Source: Deltaproteobacteria bacterium (GTDB taxonomy: Bacteria; Myxococcota_A; UBA9160; SMWR01). Taken from it: a DNA stretch of 64,000 nucleotides. The stretch lies in contig JAQBHB010000036.1 in the NCBI GenBank assembly GCA_032128115.1, forward strand, positions 1-64,000. The letters are read 5' to 3'. The position numbers and the translations under genes were made by a program. Shown in pieces: positions 25,569 through 33,686 of the stretch; position 1 is the stretch's first letter, and each line of letters starts with the position of its first letter. Below the pieces are notes generated by a model, which was given only the letters and a program-made list of their open reading frames with translations, ran no database searches and had not been told where the DNA came from.

Positions 25569-26876
25569 TCAGGCGAGGACGGGAAGCGGCGCGAAGGGCC
25601 CACCGGGAAGCACGGCGGCGGGATCGCCTCCCAGCCAGTGCTGGATGATCGCGGCGTACAGGCGGCGGAAGTCCGTGGTCACCTTCAGGTTTCCGTCATC
25701 GTCCAGGTCGCGGAGGTCGGGCATTGCGCCGTAGATGCCGCCGGCAACCGGAGCGCCCATCAGCATCGAGACCCCGGCCCGGCCGTGATCGGTTCCCGAT
25801 CCCGCGCCCGTCCCGTTCTGGTAGGCGCGCCGGCCGAACTCGGAATAGACCAGCGTGATCACCCGGTCGGCCATGCCCAGGTATTCCAGATCGAGCTGGA
25901 AATCCGCAAGCGCGTCCGAGAGGTTCTGCATCAGACGCCCGTGGCCGAAGTCGATCTCGGTGGTGCCCTGGTCGGCGTGGGTGTCGAAGCCGCCGGCCAC
26001 CACGTGGAAGAAGCTGATCTGGCCGGCGTCGCTCGGGGACAGGGCGTCGTGGCGCAGGACGGAGGCCACCTGGCGCAGGTCGCGCGCCACCCCCGAGTTG
26101 GACGAGACGCTTCGCGGTCCCCACCGGTCGTTCTGGATCTCGCCCAGGCGCTGAGACGAGGAGATCAGGATGCTCCCGGAGCGGGCGATGTGGGCCACCA
26201 GGCCCGAGCGGTCGTGCGCATCGCCGAAAATCGTTGCCCACGCCGCCAATCGGGCCGCGTCCTCGCCGTCGCTGGCCGCCAGCTTCGACGGCAGATGGAA
26301 GTCTGCGAGGCGGCGCGTGCCGATAGTGTCGTTGCTCATTGACGCGAGACTGGCGTTGATGCTCCCGCCGAACGAAATGGCGCGCGGCGTCGCCGAGGCG
26401 CCCTCGGCGTCCAGCTGTCGCCCCACCCATCCGGTGCTGGCGCGTCCCAGGTCGCCGCTATGCCAGACGTCTCGGGCGGTGAAATGGGAGAGCGAGCTGT
26501 TGGGGAATCCCACGCCGTTGATCAGCGCGAGCTTTCCCTGGTCGAACAGGGCCTTGAGTCGCCCGCAGTTCGGATTCAGGGCCAGGGCCGTGCCCCGCAC
26601 CGGGTCACGCCCGATCTCGGTGGCGTCGAGCATTCGGGCGGGGATCGTCAGGTCCGGTCGCAGCTGCCGGTAGATGCTGTACTGGGAGGTGACATCGCTG
26701 TTCAGGGGGATCACCGTGCCCAACAGATCGTTGCCCCCGTCCAGATACACCAGCACCAGGATCGGGTCGTTCGCCGATGCGGCTGCCGCCGGGCGCACCC
26801 GGGAGAGCAGGTGGGTCTGGCTGAGAACGGCCGTGGCCGCGGCGCTTCGCAGAAGCTGTCGTCGCGTGATCCGCAT
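25569..26876 (-). CDS. DUF1501 protein with Tat signal
   Basis: TRRQLL; LDGGND, SHF, GGFDTH, SEFGRR, GTDHG. Confidence 0.9.
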   Translation of the reverse strand: MRITRRQLLRSAAATAVLSQTHLLSRVRPAAAASANDPILVLVYLDGGNDLLGTVIPLNSDVTSQYSIYRQLRPDLTIPARMLDATEIGRDPVRGTALALNPNCGRLKALFDQGKLALINGVGFPNSSLSHFTARDVWHSGDLGRASTGWVGRQLDAEGASATPRAISFGGSINASLASMSNDTIGTRRLADFHLPSKLAASDGEDAARLAAWATIFGDAHDRSGLVAHIARSGSILISSSQRLGEIQNDRWGPRSVSSNSGVARDLRQVASVLRHDALSPSDAGQISFFHVVAGGFDTHADQGTTEIDFGHGRLMQNLSDALADFQLDLEYLGMADRVITLVYSEFGRRAYQNGTGAGSGTDHGRAGVSMLMGAPVAGGIYGAMPDLRDLDDDGNLKVTTDFRRLYAAIIQHWLGGDPAAVLPGGPFAPLPVLA

Positions 26877-26887
26877 GGGGGGTCTCC

Positions 26888-28282
26888 TCAGTGCACCTGG
26901 AACTCGGGAAGCGTGAGAAAAAGCGCGACGAGCCTGCGAAAATCGCGCTCGTACCACGCGTTGCTCCCCAGGTCCTCCTCGTCCACCGAGTCGATCAGCA
27001 CGCGCCGGGTGGTGTCGGGCAGGGTCAGTTCGAAACGCGCTGCAAGCGAGTCCACGACCTGCGCCGCCGTAGTGGCGGTCTCGCCGAAGTACCGGATCGG
27101 GTCAAAGCGGTAGGAAACGATCCCGTCGGTACCGACGGCCAGATCCTCGGCGAACTCCACCCGTGCCAGGTACTGGCTGGTGGTGAGCCACGCTTCGCCC
27201 CCGGTCCAGCCCTGTACGCCCGGCGGGTTGAACAGCTCCATGCCCATGCGCCGCATCGCGCGCGGCAGGGTCTCCATGAGAGTGCCCACACCCAGGTCCC
27301 AGATCGCCTGCAGCACGAACTCGACCGGGTTCTTGGCGCTCGATCGGCGCGCGCGCTCGGAATAGAACTCGTCGTGGGTCAAGATCGCGAAGACCAGGTC
27401 GCGGATCATGTAGCCGCTGTCGACGAAGGCATCGGCCAGCTCGTCCACCAGACCGAGATCCGGATCGGGGTACGCGAACCAGGCCCAGAGCTTGCGCGAG
27501 ATGAAATGCGCCAGCGTGGGACGCCCGCTGGTGTCCCGGTGTGTGAACAGGAGATCGATGACGTTTCGATCCGGCGGAAACTGCTCGCCTTCGGGGGTCT
27601 CCACGCCCAATTGGCCAACCGTTTCGAACTGCCGGTCTGCGAACAGGCGCTTGATGCCGTTGTCCCAGTGGTTGTGCGCGACGATGCTCCGGCCCTCCTC
27701 CCGCAGGATGCGGAAGCCCGCGAGGGACCGCGCCATGGCGACCACGTCGTCCTGGGTGTAGTTCGGGAAACCCCTCACGTCCGTCGGGCCCAGGGTGAAC
27801 AGCTCCATCAACTCGCGCCCGTAGTTCTCGTTGGGCGCATCCTTCGAGCTGATCGCTCCGTCCAGGAAGCGGAGCATGGCCGGGTCCCGGGTCACCTGAT
27901 GGAGCAGGTCGCGAAAGGGGCCGAGCCCGTACATCCGGAACGTCGCGTTCTGGCGGGCCAGGTCATCGATTCGGACTCCCACATCGTAGGAGGACGGGAA
28001 GTGATCGTGCCAGAAGAGCACCATCTTCTCGTGGAGGCGCCACTCGCGGCTCAGCATCCGCCGCAGCCACCAGCGCTGGAGCGTCTCCAGGTCGGACCTC
28101 CTGCGGCCGTCGCCAGAGGGGCCGACCGCCGGGCTGGGCTCGGCGTCCAGCAGATCTTCGACTGCCCGTCGTCGGGTCTGGCCCGGCAGCTGTTCGAGGT
28201 CCGTCTTGTCGGCGCAGAAAGCCGCGCGTCGCAATAGATGCAACACGTCGCGCTGGTTCAGCCGGCTTCCGGCGCCCCCCAT
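26888..28282 (-). CDS. DUF1800 protein
   Basis: HLLRRA, EKMVLFWHDHF, PAMLRFLD, PNENYGRELMELFTLG, PEFQ. Confidence 0.9.
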   Translation of the reverse strand: MGGAGSRLNQRDVLHLLRRAAFCADKTDLEQLPGQTRRRAVEDLLDAEPSPAVGPSGDGRRRSDLETLQRWWLRRMLSREWRLHEKMVLFWHDHFPSSYDVGVRIDDLARQNATFRMYGLGPFRDLLHQVTRDPAMLRFLDGAISSKDAPNENYGRELMELFTLGPTDVRGFPNYTQDDVVAMARSLAGFRILREEGRSIVAHNHWDNGIKRLFADRQFETVGQLGVETPEGEQFPPDRNVIDLLFTHRDTSGRPTLAHFISRKLWAWFAYPDPDLGLVDELADAFVDSGYMIRDLVFAILTHDEFYSERARRSSAKNPVEFVLQAIWDLGVGTLMETLPRAMRRMGMELFNPPGVQGWTGGEAWLTTSQYLARVEFAEDLAVGTDGIVSYRFDPIRYFGETATTAAQVVDSLAARFELTLPDTTRRVLIDSVDEEDLGSNAWYERDFRRLVALFLTLPEFQVH

Positions 28283-28330
28283 CCACTCACCCCCCGCGCC
28301 GGGAACCTATCGATCGTAGGCAGGGCCACT

Positions 28331-28374
28331 CCGTGAGATAGGTCACATCTCCCCGTGAGATGGGTCGCATCTCC
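28331..28374. promoter_or_regulatory. Two tandem 22-bp units resembling CRP/FNR-family boxes
   Basis: CGTGA-gatagg-TCACA and CGTGA-gatggg-TCGCA in a divergent intergenic region. Confidence 0.55.
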
Positions 28375-28464
28375 CTCTCGGTCGCTGGGCATCGCCCCCT
28401 CGACTGACGCCCCAGGGGATCCCGGGTACCCTTCGCCAGAACCTCCCGAGCCCCGGAGAGCCCA

Positions 28465-29442
28465 ATGCGCGCAATCGTGGTCGAGCGTCTGCTGGAGAGT
28501 CCGAGTGAGCTTGGGGTGAAGGAGATTCCCGAGCCCGAGCTCGCGCCGGGCACGCTGAAGCTCGACGTACGCGCCGCCGGCTGCAACTTCTTCGACATTC
28601 TGATGGTCCAGGGGCGCTACCAGGTGAAGCCGCCGCTTCCCTTCGTACCCGGCGCCGAGATCGCCGGCGTGGTGCGCGAAGCGGGGGAGGGCGCCGGAGA
28701 CTTCGCAGTGGGTGACCGGGTGTTCGGAACCGCTGGCCTGGGCGGATTCGCCGAAACGGCGCTGCTGCCGGCTCGCGGGGCCTACAAGTTGCCCGAGGCC
28801 ATGTCTTTCGAAGAAGGTGCCGCCCTGCCCATCATCTATCCCACGTCCTACGCGGGTCTGGTATACCGCGCCAACCTGCAGGCGGGCGAGAACCTGCTGG
28901 TGCATGCGGCGGCGGGCGGTGTGGGCATCGCTGCGGTGCAGATCGGAAAGGCCCTGGGCGCCCGCGTGATCGCCACCGCCGGCGGGGCCGACAAGCTCGA
29001 GGTGGCGCGCCGGGCCGGTGCCGACGAGCTGATCGACTATCGCGAAGAGGACTTCGTCGCCCGCGTGAAGGAGCTCACCGAGGGCCGGGGAGCGGACGTC
29101 ATCTACGACCCGGTGGGCGGAGATGTCTTCGACAAGTCGCTGAAGTGCATTGCGTGGAATGGGCGCCTGCTGGTGATCGGATTCGCCAGCGGTCGCATTC
29201 CCGAGGTGAAGGTCAACCGAATCCTGCTCAAGAACATCGCCATCACCGGCCTGCACTGGGGGGCGCACGTCAGCCACGACCCGGGCAAGATCGAGCCCAC
29301 CTTCAGGGCGCTGTTCGCGCTCTACGAGCAGGGCAAGATCGAGCCGGTGATCTTCAAGCGCTACTCACTGGACGAGGTCCCCACGGCTCTCGAGGCCCTG
29401 GCCTCGCGCAAGACCTACGGGAAGCTCGTCATCACTCCCTGA
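28465..29442 (+). CDS. NADPH:quinone oxidoreductase (MDR family)
   Basis: PFVPGAE, VHAAAGGVG, GRGADVIYDPVGG, GKLVI. Confidence 0.93.
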   Translation: MRAIVVERLLESPSELGVKEIPEPELAPGTLKLDVRAAGCNFFDILMVQGRYQVKPPLPFVPGAEIAGVVREAGEGAGDFAVGDRVFGTAGLGGFAETALLPARGAYKLPEAMSFEEGAALPIIYPTSYAGLVYRANLQAGENLLVHAAAGGVGIAAVQIGKALGARVIATAGGADKLEVARRAGADELIDYREEDFVARVKELTEGRGADVIYDPVGGDVFDKSLKCIAWNGRLLVIGFASGRIPEVKVNRILLKNIAITGLHWGAHVSHDPGKIEPTFRALFALYEQGKIEPVIFKRYSLDEVPTALEALASRKTYGKLVITP

Positions 29443-29447
29443 AGCCC

Positions 29448-30308
29448 TTGTCGCCGCTCGCCTTCGCGAAGTATCACGCGCTGGGAAACGACTATCTGGT
29501 GGTGGAGGCCGCGTCGTGGTCGCCCTGGCTCACGGTGTCGGCATTGCGCCGCATCCAGGATCGCCACCTCGGGATTGGCGCGGATGGCGTACTGGTGCGC
29601 GACGCCGATCCGGCGCCCGGGCGCTTCGCCCTTCGCATCTTCAATCCCGACGGATCCGAGGCGGAAAAGAGCGGCAACGGCCTGCGGATCTTCGCCCGAT
29701 ACCTGTGGGACGCCGGCCGTGTGGGCGACGCCCCGTTCCCCGTGCACACGCCCGGAGGCGAAGTCTCCTGCCACGTGCGCCGTGGCGGGCGCTCGGTACA
29801 GGTGGAGATGGGGCGGGTTTCGTTCGACAGCCGCCAGATCCCGGTGGCCGGACCGCCGCGCGAGGTGCTGCGCGAGGCGCTTTCGGTGGCGGGCCGCGAA
29901 CTGGAGTTCTCGGCCGCGAGCGTCGGCAATCCCCACTGCGTGCTGATCCGCGACTCGGTCTCCGAAGCCGAGACGCGCGAGTTGGGACCGCTCATCGAGA
30001 ACGACGCGCGCTTTCCGAACCGCACCAATGTGCAGTTTGCCCGGGTGCGCAACCGCCAGAACCTGGAGATCCAGATCTGGGAGCGCGGCGCGGGCTACAC
30101 CCTGGCCTCGGGCACCAGCGCCAGCGCTGCGGCGGCCGTGGCGCATCGCCTGGGCCTCTGCGACGCCCACATGACCGTGCACATGCCCGGCGGCGCGCTG
30201 GCGATCGAGCTCACCGAAGCCGCAGGCGTGATCCTCACCGGGCCGGTCACCCGCGTCATGCAGGGAACTCTCGATCCCCGGACCCTTCAGGACCTGGCCT
30301 GGAGATGA
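29448..30308 (+). CDS. dapF: Diaminopimelate epimerase-like protein with Ser at both catalytic positions
   Basis: KYHALGNDY, GIGADG, NPDGSEAEKSGNG, VGNPH, NVQF, WERGAG.TLASGT; TTG start inferred. Confidence 0.88.
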   Translation: MSPLAFAKYHALGNDYLVVEAASWSPWLTVSALRRIQDRHLGIGADGVLVRDADPAPGRFALRIFNPDGSEAEKSGNGLRIFARYLWDAGRVGDAPFPVHTPGGEVSCHVRRGGRSVQVEMGRVSFDSRQIPVAGPPREVLREALSVAGRELEFSAASVGNPHCVLIRDSVSEAETRELGPLIENDARFPNRTNVQFARVRNRQNLEIQIWERGAGYTLASGTSASAAAAVAHRLGLCDAHMTVHMPGGALAIELTEAAGVILTGPVTRVMQGTLDPRTLQDLAWR

Positions 30309-31680
30309 ACTTCGCTCCGGGCCGGGGGCTATTGAACGAAACGAGCCGACCCGGGGCCCACGCCAGGGTCGCCGAAACCACCGCCGCGGCGACCAGCCAC
30401 ACCGAGTAGCGATAGTCGATCGCCGGAGCGAGCACCGCCAGAGGCACCACGGACAGCAAGCCGCTCGCAGCGATCGCCCGCGCGACGCGAGTCCTCTCGT
30501 CTCGTGCCCGCCAGGAGAATCCGAATACCAGCGTCGCGAGCAGCAGGTAGACCCACGGCAGACACGGGAGGCTGCCCTCGCAGGCGTCGAGCAGACTCTT
30601 GAGTGGTGCGTAGCCTGGGCGCGGCGAGAACTCGAGGGAGAACGTGTAGCCTTCGATCGGCTCGAACACGTGGACGAAGACCGGATCGGGTGCGAAGAGG
30701 ACCGCTCGCATGATTCGGCCCCGATGGACCAGGTACTCCCGGGGGTGATCGACGATCGCTGCGAGCCAGGTTCCCAGGATCTCCCAGGACTCGCGAGTCG
30801 TGAGATGGGCGTGGTCGATGTCCTGGGTGAGCCGGCCGTCGACGCGCACGCGGCGGTAGTCGCAGCGGTAGGTCCTCGAGATCCAGCGCAGGCGCTTCAG
30901 GTCGAGGTCGGCTCGCGTGATCGCGGAACGTGGCACCAGGAGTTCGTTTCTCATGAGCGAGATCTGGGACAGGTCCCAGAGTGGGACGGCGGTGAAATAG
31001 GCCGTCCTCTTCACGCCCACGGTATTGACGACGGCCGCCCCTGAGATCATCGCCACCCCCAACGCGGCAAAGGCGCCGATCCGGCCCACCCGGCGCGACG
31101 CCAGCAGGGAATCCGCCAGCAGCCACAGCAGGGGCAGCACCGTCAAGAGGTTGTTGAAGCGAACCGCCAGGGCGTAGAACGCGAAGGGGAGCGCGGCCAT
31201 GGCGGGCCCCTTCCTGCCACTTGCACGGGCCTGTAGCGTTAGCCCGCTCGTCGCCATCAGGGCGGACATGGAGCCCGAGTCTTTCGAGATGGTCGCCAGC
31301 ACGCCGAATACCGGGGGGAAGAATCCGAGACCGAGCACGAGCAGTCCGCGCCCGACGGCGCCTTGCGCCAGGTTCGAGGCGATCAGCGCGAGGCCCGCCC
31401 AGTAGCCTCCGGCCTGCACGACGAGCATTCCGCTCGGCCCGAAGCTCACCTGATTCGTCAATTTCCACAGGTAGACCATGATCGGGGGGTGGGAGTTGTC
31501 GATTTCCCCGCTCGCGGCCTGTTGCAGCTGCCACGTGGCGTCCCACTCCATGAAGCCCGGAAAGAAGAGATACAGCGTGGCTGAAAACCCGATGACGCTC
31601 GCTAGCCAGGGCGCCCACGCCTTCTGGGACCGCCCCCTCGCTTGCTCCCCTCCGGCCGCGACTTCGATCTTCTGGTCCAC
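30256..31680 (-). CDS. Polytopic membrane protein, GT-C-like glycosyltransferase
   Basis: FPGFMEWD...HPP first loop, SKD, RFN, DYRY, many TM helices; start uncertain. Confidence 0.6.
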   Translation of the reverse strand: MDQKIEVAAGGEQARGRSQKAWAPWLASVIGFSATLYLFFPGFMEWDATWQLQQAASGEIDNSHPPIMVYLWKLTNQVSFGPSGMLVVQAGGYWAGLALIASNLAQGAVGRGLLVLGLGFFPPVFGVLATISKDSGSMSALMATSGLTLQARASGRKGPAMAALPFAFYALAVRFNNLLTVLPLLWLLADSLLASRRVGRIGAFAALGVAMISGAAVVNTVGVKRTAYFTAVPLWDLSQISLMRNELLVPRSAITRADLDLKRLRWISRTYRCDYRRVRVDGRLTQDIDHAHLTTRESWEILGTWLAAIVDHPREYLVHRGRIMRAVLFAPDPVFVHVFEPIEGYTFSLEFSPRPGYAPLKSLLDACEGSLPCLPWVYLLLATLVFGFSWRARDERTRVARAIAASGLLSVVPLAVLAPAIDYRYSVWLVAAAVVSATLAWAPGRLVSFNSPRPGAKFISRPGPEGSGDREFPA

Positions 31681-31757
31681 GGGCCTTGCTACCTTGTGCC
31701 TGGCGCCTGGGAGAAGGTACCGCGCCGGGGCGCCCACTTGATAGAATCGGTGATCCC

Positions 31758-32495
31758 ATGGAGATCGATTCCGACAGTCTCGAGCGCCTCGTACCCGATC
31801 GGGCCGCCCCGTGGGGGGTCACGGGGAGCAAGACACTCGCTCTGCACCTGCAGCGCTACGCGTTCGCGTTGGAGCACGCGAAACCCGGGCGCCTGCTGGA
31901 CGCCGCCTGCGGGGTCGGGTATGGCACGCGGCTCCTGTCCGATCAGGCCCCGGGCGTCGAAGCCCACGGAATCGACATCTCCGAGCAGACGATCGCCTAC
32001 GCGCGTAAGCGTTATGGAAATGCGGCGACCCACTTCACCTGGGCCGATGCCCTGCGCTTCAACGACCCGGAGGGCTTCGACACGATCGTGTCCCTCGAGA
32101 CAATCGAGCACGTGCCCGATCCCCCTGCGCTGGTGGCGCACCTGCTCACGCTTCTGCGGCCGGGCGGCGTCTTCGTGGCTTCGGTGCCGACCACGCCGAC
32201 CACGGACGTCAACCCGCACCACCTCCACGATTTCACCCAGAAGTCGTTCCGACACATGGTAGAGGCCCACGGGCTGGAGGAGATCGCCAGTACCCAGCAG
32301 GTGCATTCGGTGAATCCGCTCACGATGCTCACGAGAAAGGAGGCGCGATTGAGCGACGTCCGACGGGGCCTCGTCCGCTACTACCTGTCGCATCCGGCGT
32401 CCCTGGCCCGTCGGGTGGGAGCGACGCTCCGCTACGGATTCTCCATCCACTACTTGACCGTCGCGTGGCAGAGCCCGTCCGATCCAGCCGCATGA
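31758..32495 (+). CDS. Class I SAM-dependent methyltransferase
   Basis: HLQRY, LLDAACGVGYG, SLETIEH, LRPGG. Confidence 0.9.
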   Translation: MEIDSDSLERLVPDRAAPWGVTGSKTLALHLQRYAFALEHAKPGRLLDAACGVGYGTRLLSDQAPGVEAHGIDISEQTIAYARKRYGNAATHFTWADALRFNDPEGFDTIVSLETIEHVPDPPALVAHLLTLLRPGGVFVASVPTTPTTDVNPHHLHDFTQKSFRHMVEAHGLEEIASTQQVHSVNPLTMLTRKEARLSDVRRGLVRYYLSHPASLARRVGATLRYGFSIHYLTVAWQSPSDPAA

Positions 32496-33205
32496 GTTCC
32501 GGAGATGCGATTACCCTGATTCCCGCCTTCAACGAGGAGCCGCGACTGCCCGCGATTCTGGAGGGTCTGCGCGACGTGTTCGGAGAATCCGAGGTCGTGG
32601 TGATCGACGACGGTTCCCGCGACGGGACGGGCGCGGTGGCCCGGCGTCACGGGGCTACGGTGCTGACCCACCCCTTCAACCTGGGGTACGGAGCAGCGCT
32701 CCAGACCGGCTACAAGTACGCCCTCGGGCGGGGCGCGAAGCTGGTGGTCCAGATAGACGCGGACGGTCAGCACGATCCGAGGCAGATCCCCGCACTGGTG
32801 CGACTTCTACTCGAGGGGGAGGCCGATCTGGTACTAGGCTCGCGCTTCCTGGAGCCAGGCATGTATCACATGGGTCGTATGCGCACGATCGCTCGCCTGG
32901 GCTTCCAGCGCCTGGCGCGGGTGGCGGGTCTCCAGATCACCGACCCCACGTCCGGATTCCAGGCCATGAATCGAGCCGTACTCGATCTCTACACGCTGGA
33001 ATTCTTCCCATCCGACTATCCCGACGTCGACGTGTTGCTCGAGGCACACCGCAGCGGTCTGCGCATCCGCGAATGCCCGGTCGCCATGAACGAGAGTCAG
33101 CGACCGTCTACGCTCCATGGCGGTCTCAAGTCCCTCTACTACATCTACCGGCTGGCGCTGGCCCTGTTCGCGGGGCTGCGCCTGGGAAACCAACGCCAGG
33201 GCTGA
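32492..33205 (+). CDS. GT2 polyprenol-phosphate glycosyltransferase (DPM1-like)
   Basis: IPAFNEE, VIDDGSRD, NLGYGAAL, DADGQH, GSRF, DPTSGF. Confidence 0.92.
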   Translation: MSSGDAITLIPAFNEEPRLPAILEGLRDVFGESEVVVIDDGSRDGTGAVARRHGATVLTHPFNLGYGAALQTGYKYALGRGAKLVVQIDADGQHDPRQIPALVRLLLEGEADLVLGSRFLEPGMYHMGRMRTIARLGFQRLARVAGLQITDPTSGFQAMNRAVLDLYTLEFFPSDYPDVDVLLEAHRSGLRIRECPVAMNESQRPSTLHGGLKSLYYIYRLALALFAGLRLGNQRQG

Positions 33206-33219
33206 GGAGGAGGAGAACC

Positions 33220-33669
33220 GTGGATCAGACCATCGACCTGGGCCAGCTGCGCGAGGCCTTCCTTCAGGCCTCCGAGTCTGACACGCCGCGCGTCATCGCG
33301 GTGGTGTTCAGTGTGCTGCTGCTGCTCGCGGTGCTCCTGCTGGTGAGGCGGCGCCGGCTTCGCGAGGAGTACACCCCGATCTGGGTTGCCGTCTCCGTGG
33401 TGATCACCCTGGTGGCCCTGCGGCTCGACCTGCTCGTCGGCCTGACGCGCGCCGTCGGAGGTTGGACGGTGAGCTCGACCCTCTTCTTCCTGGGGGAGGT
33501 CTTCCTCCTGCTCATCTGTTTGCAATACGCCGTGCGGCTCTCGCGCCACGGAGACCGGATCAAGGACCTGGCCCAGGAGGCGGCGCTGATGCGCGCCCGG
33601 GTCGATCGGCTTTCTGGGCTCGCGGCCCGGGAGCGGGATCGACCGCTGGCCCCGGGGGCGCCCCGGTAA
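33220..33669 (+). CDS. DUF2304-like small membrane protein
   Basis: Strong RBS; LVRRRRLREEY..W, three TM helices, IKDLAQE tail; follows GT2. Confidence 0.8.
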   Translation: MDQTIDLGQLREAFLQASESDTPRVIAVVFSVLLLLAVLLLVRRRRLREEYTPIWVAVSVVITLVALRLDLLVGLTRAVGGWTVSSTLFFLGEVFLLLICLQYAVRLSRHGDRIKDLAQEAALMRARVDRLSGLAARERDRPLAPGAPR

Positions 33670-33686
33670 GCGGTGCGCTGAGCCGT

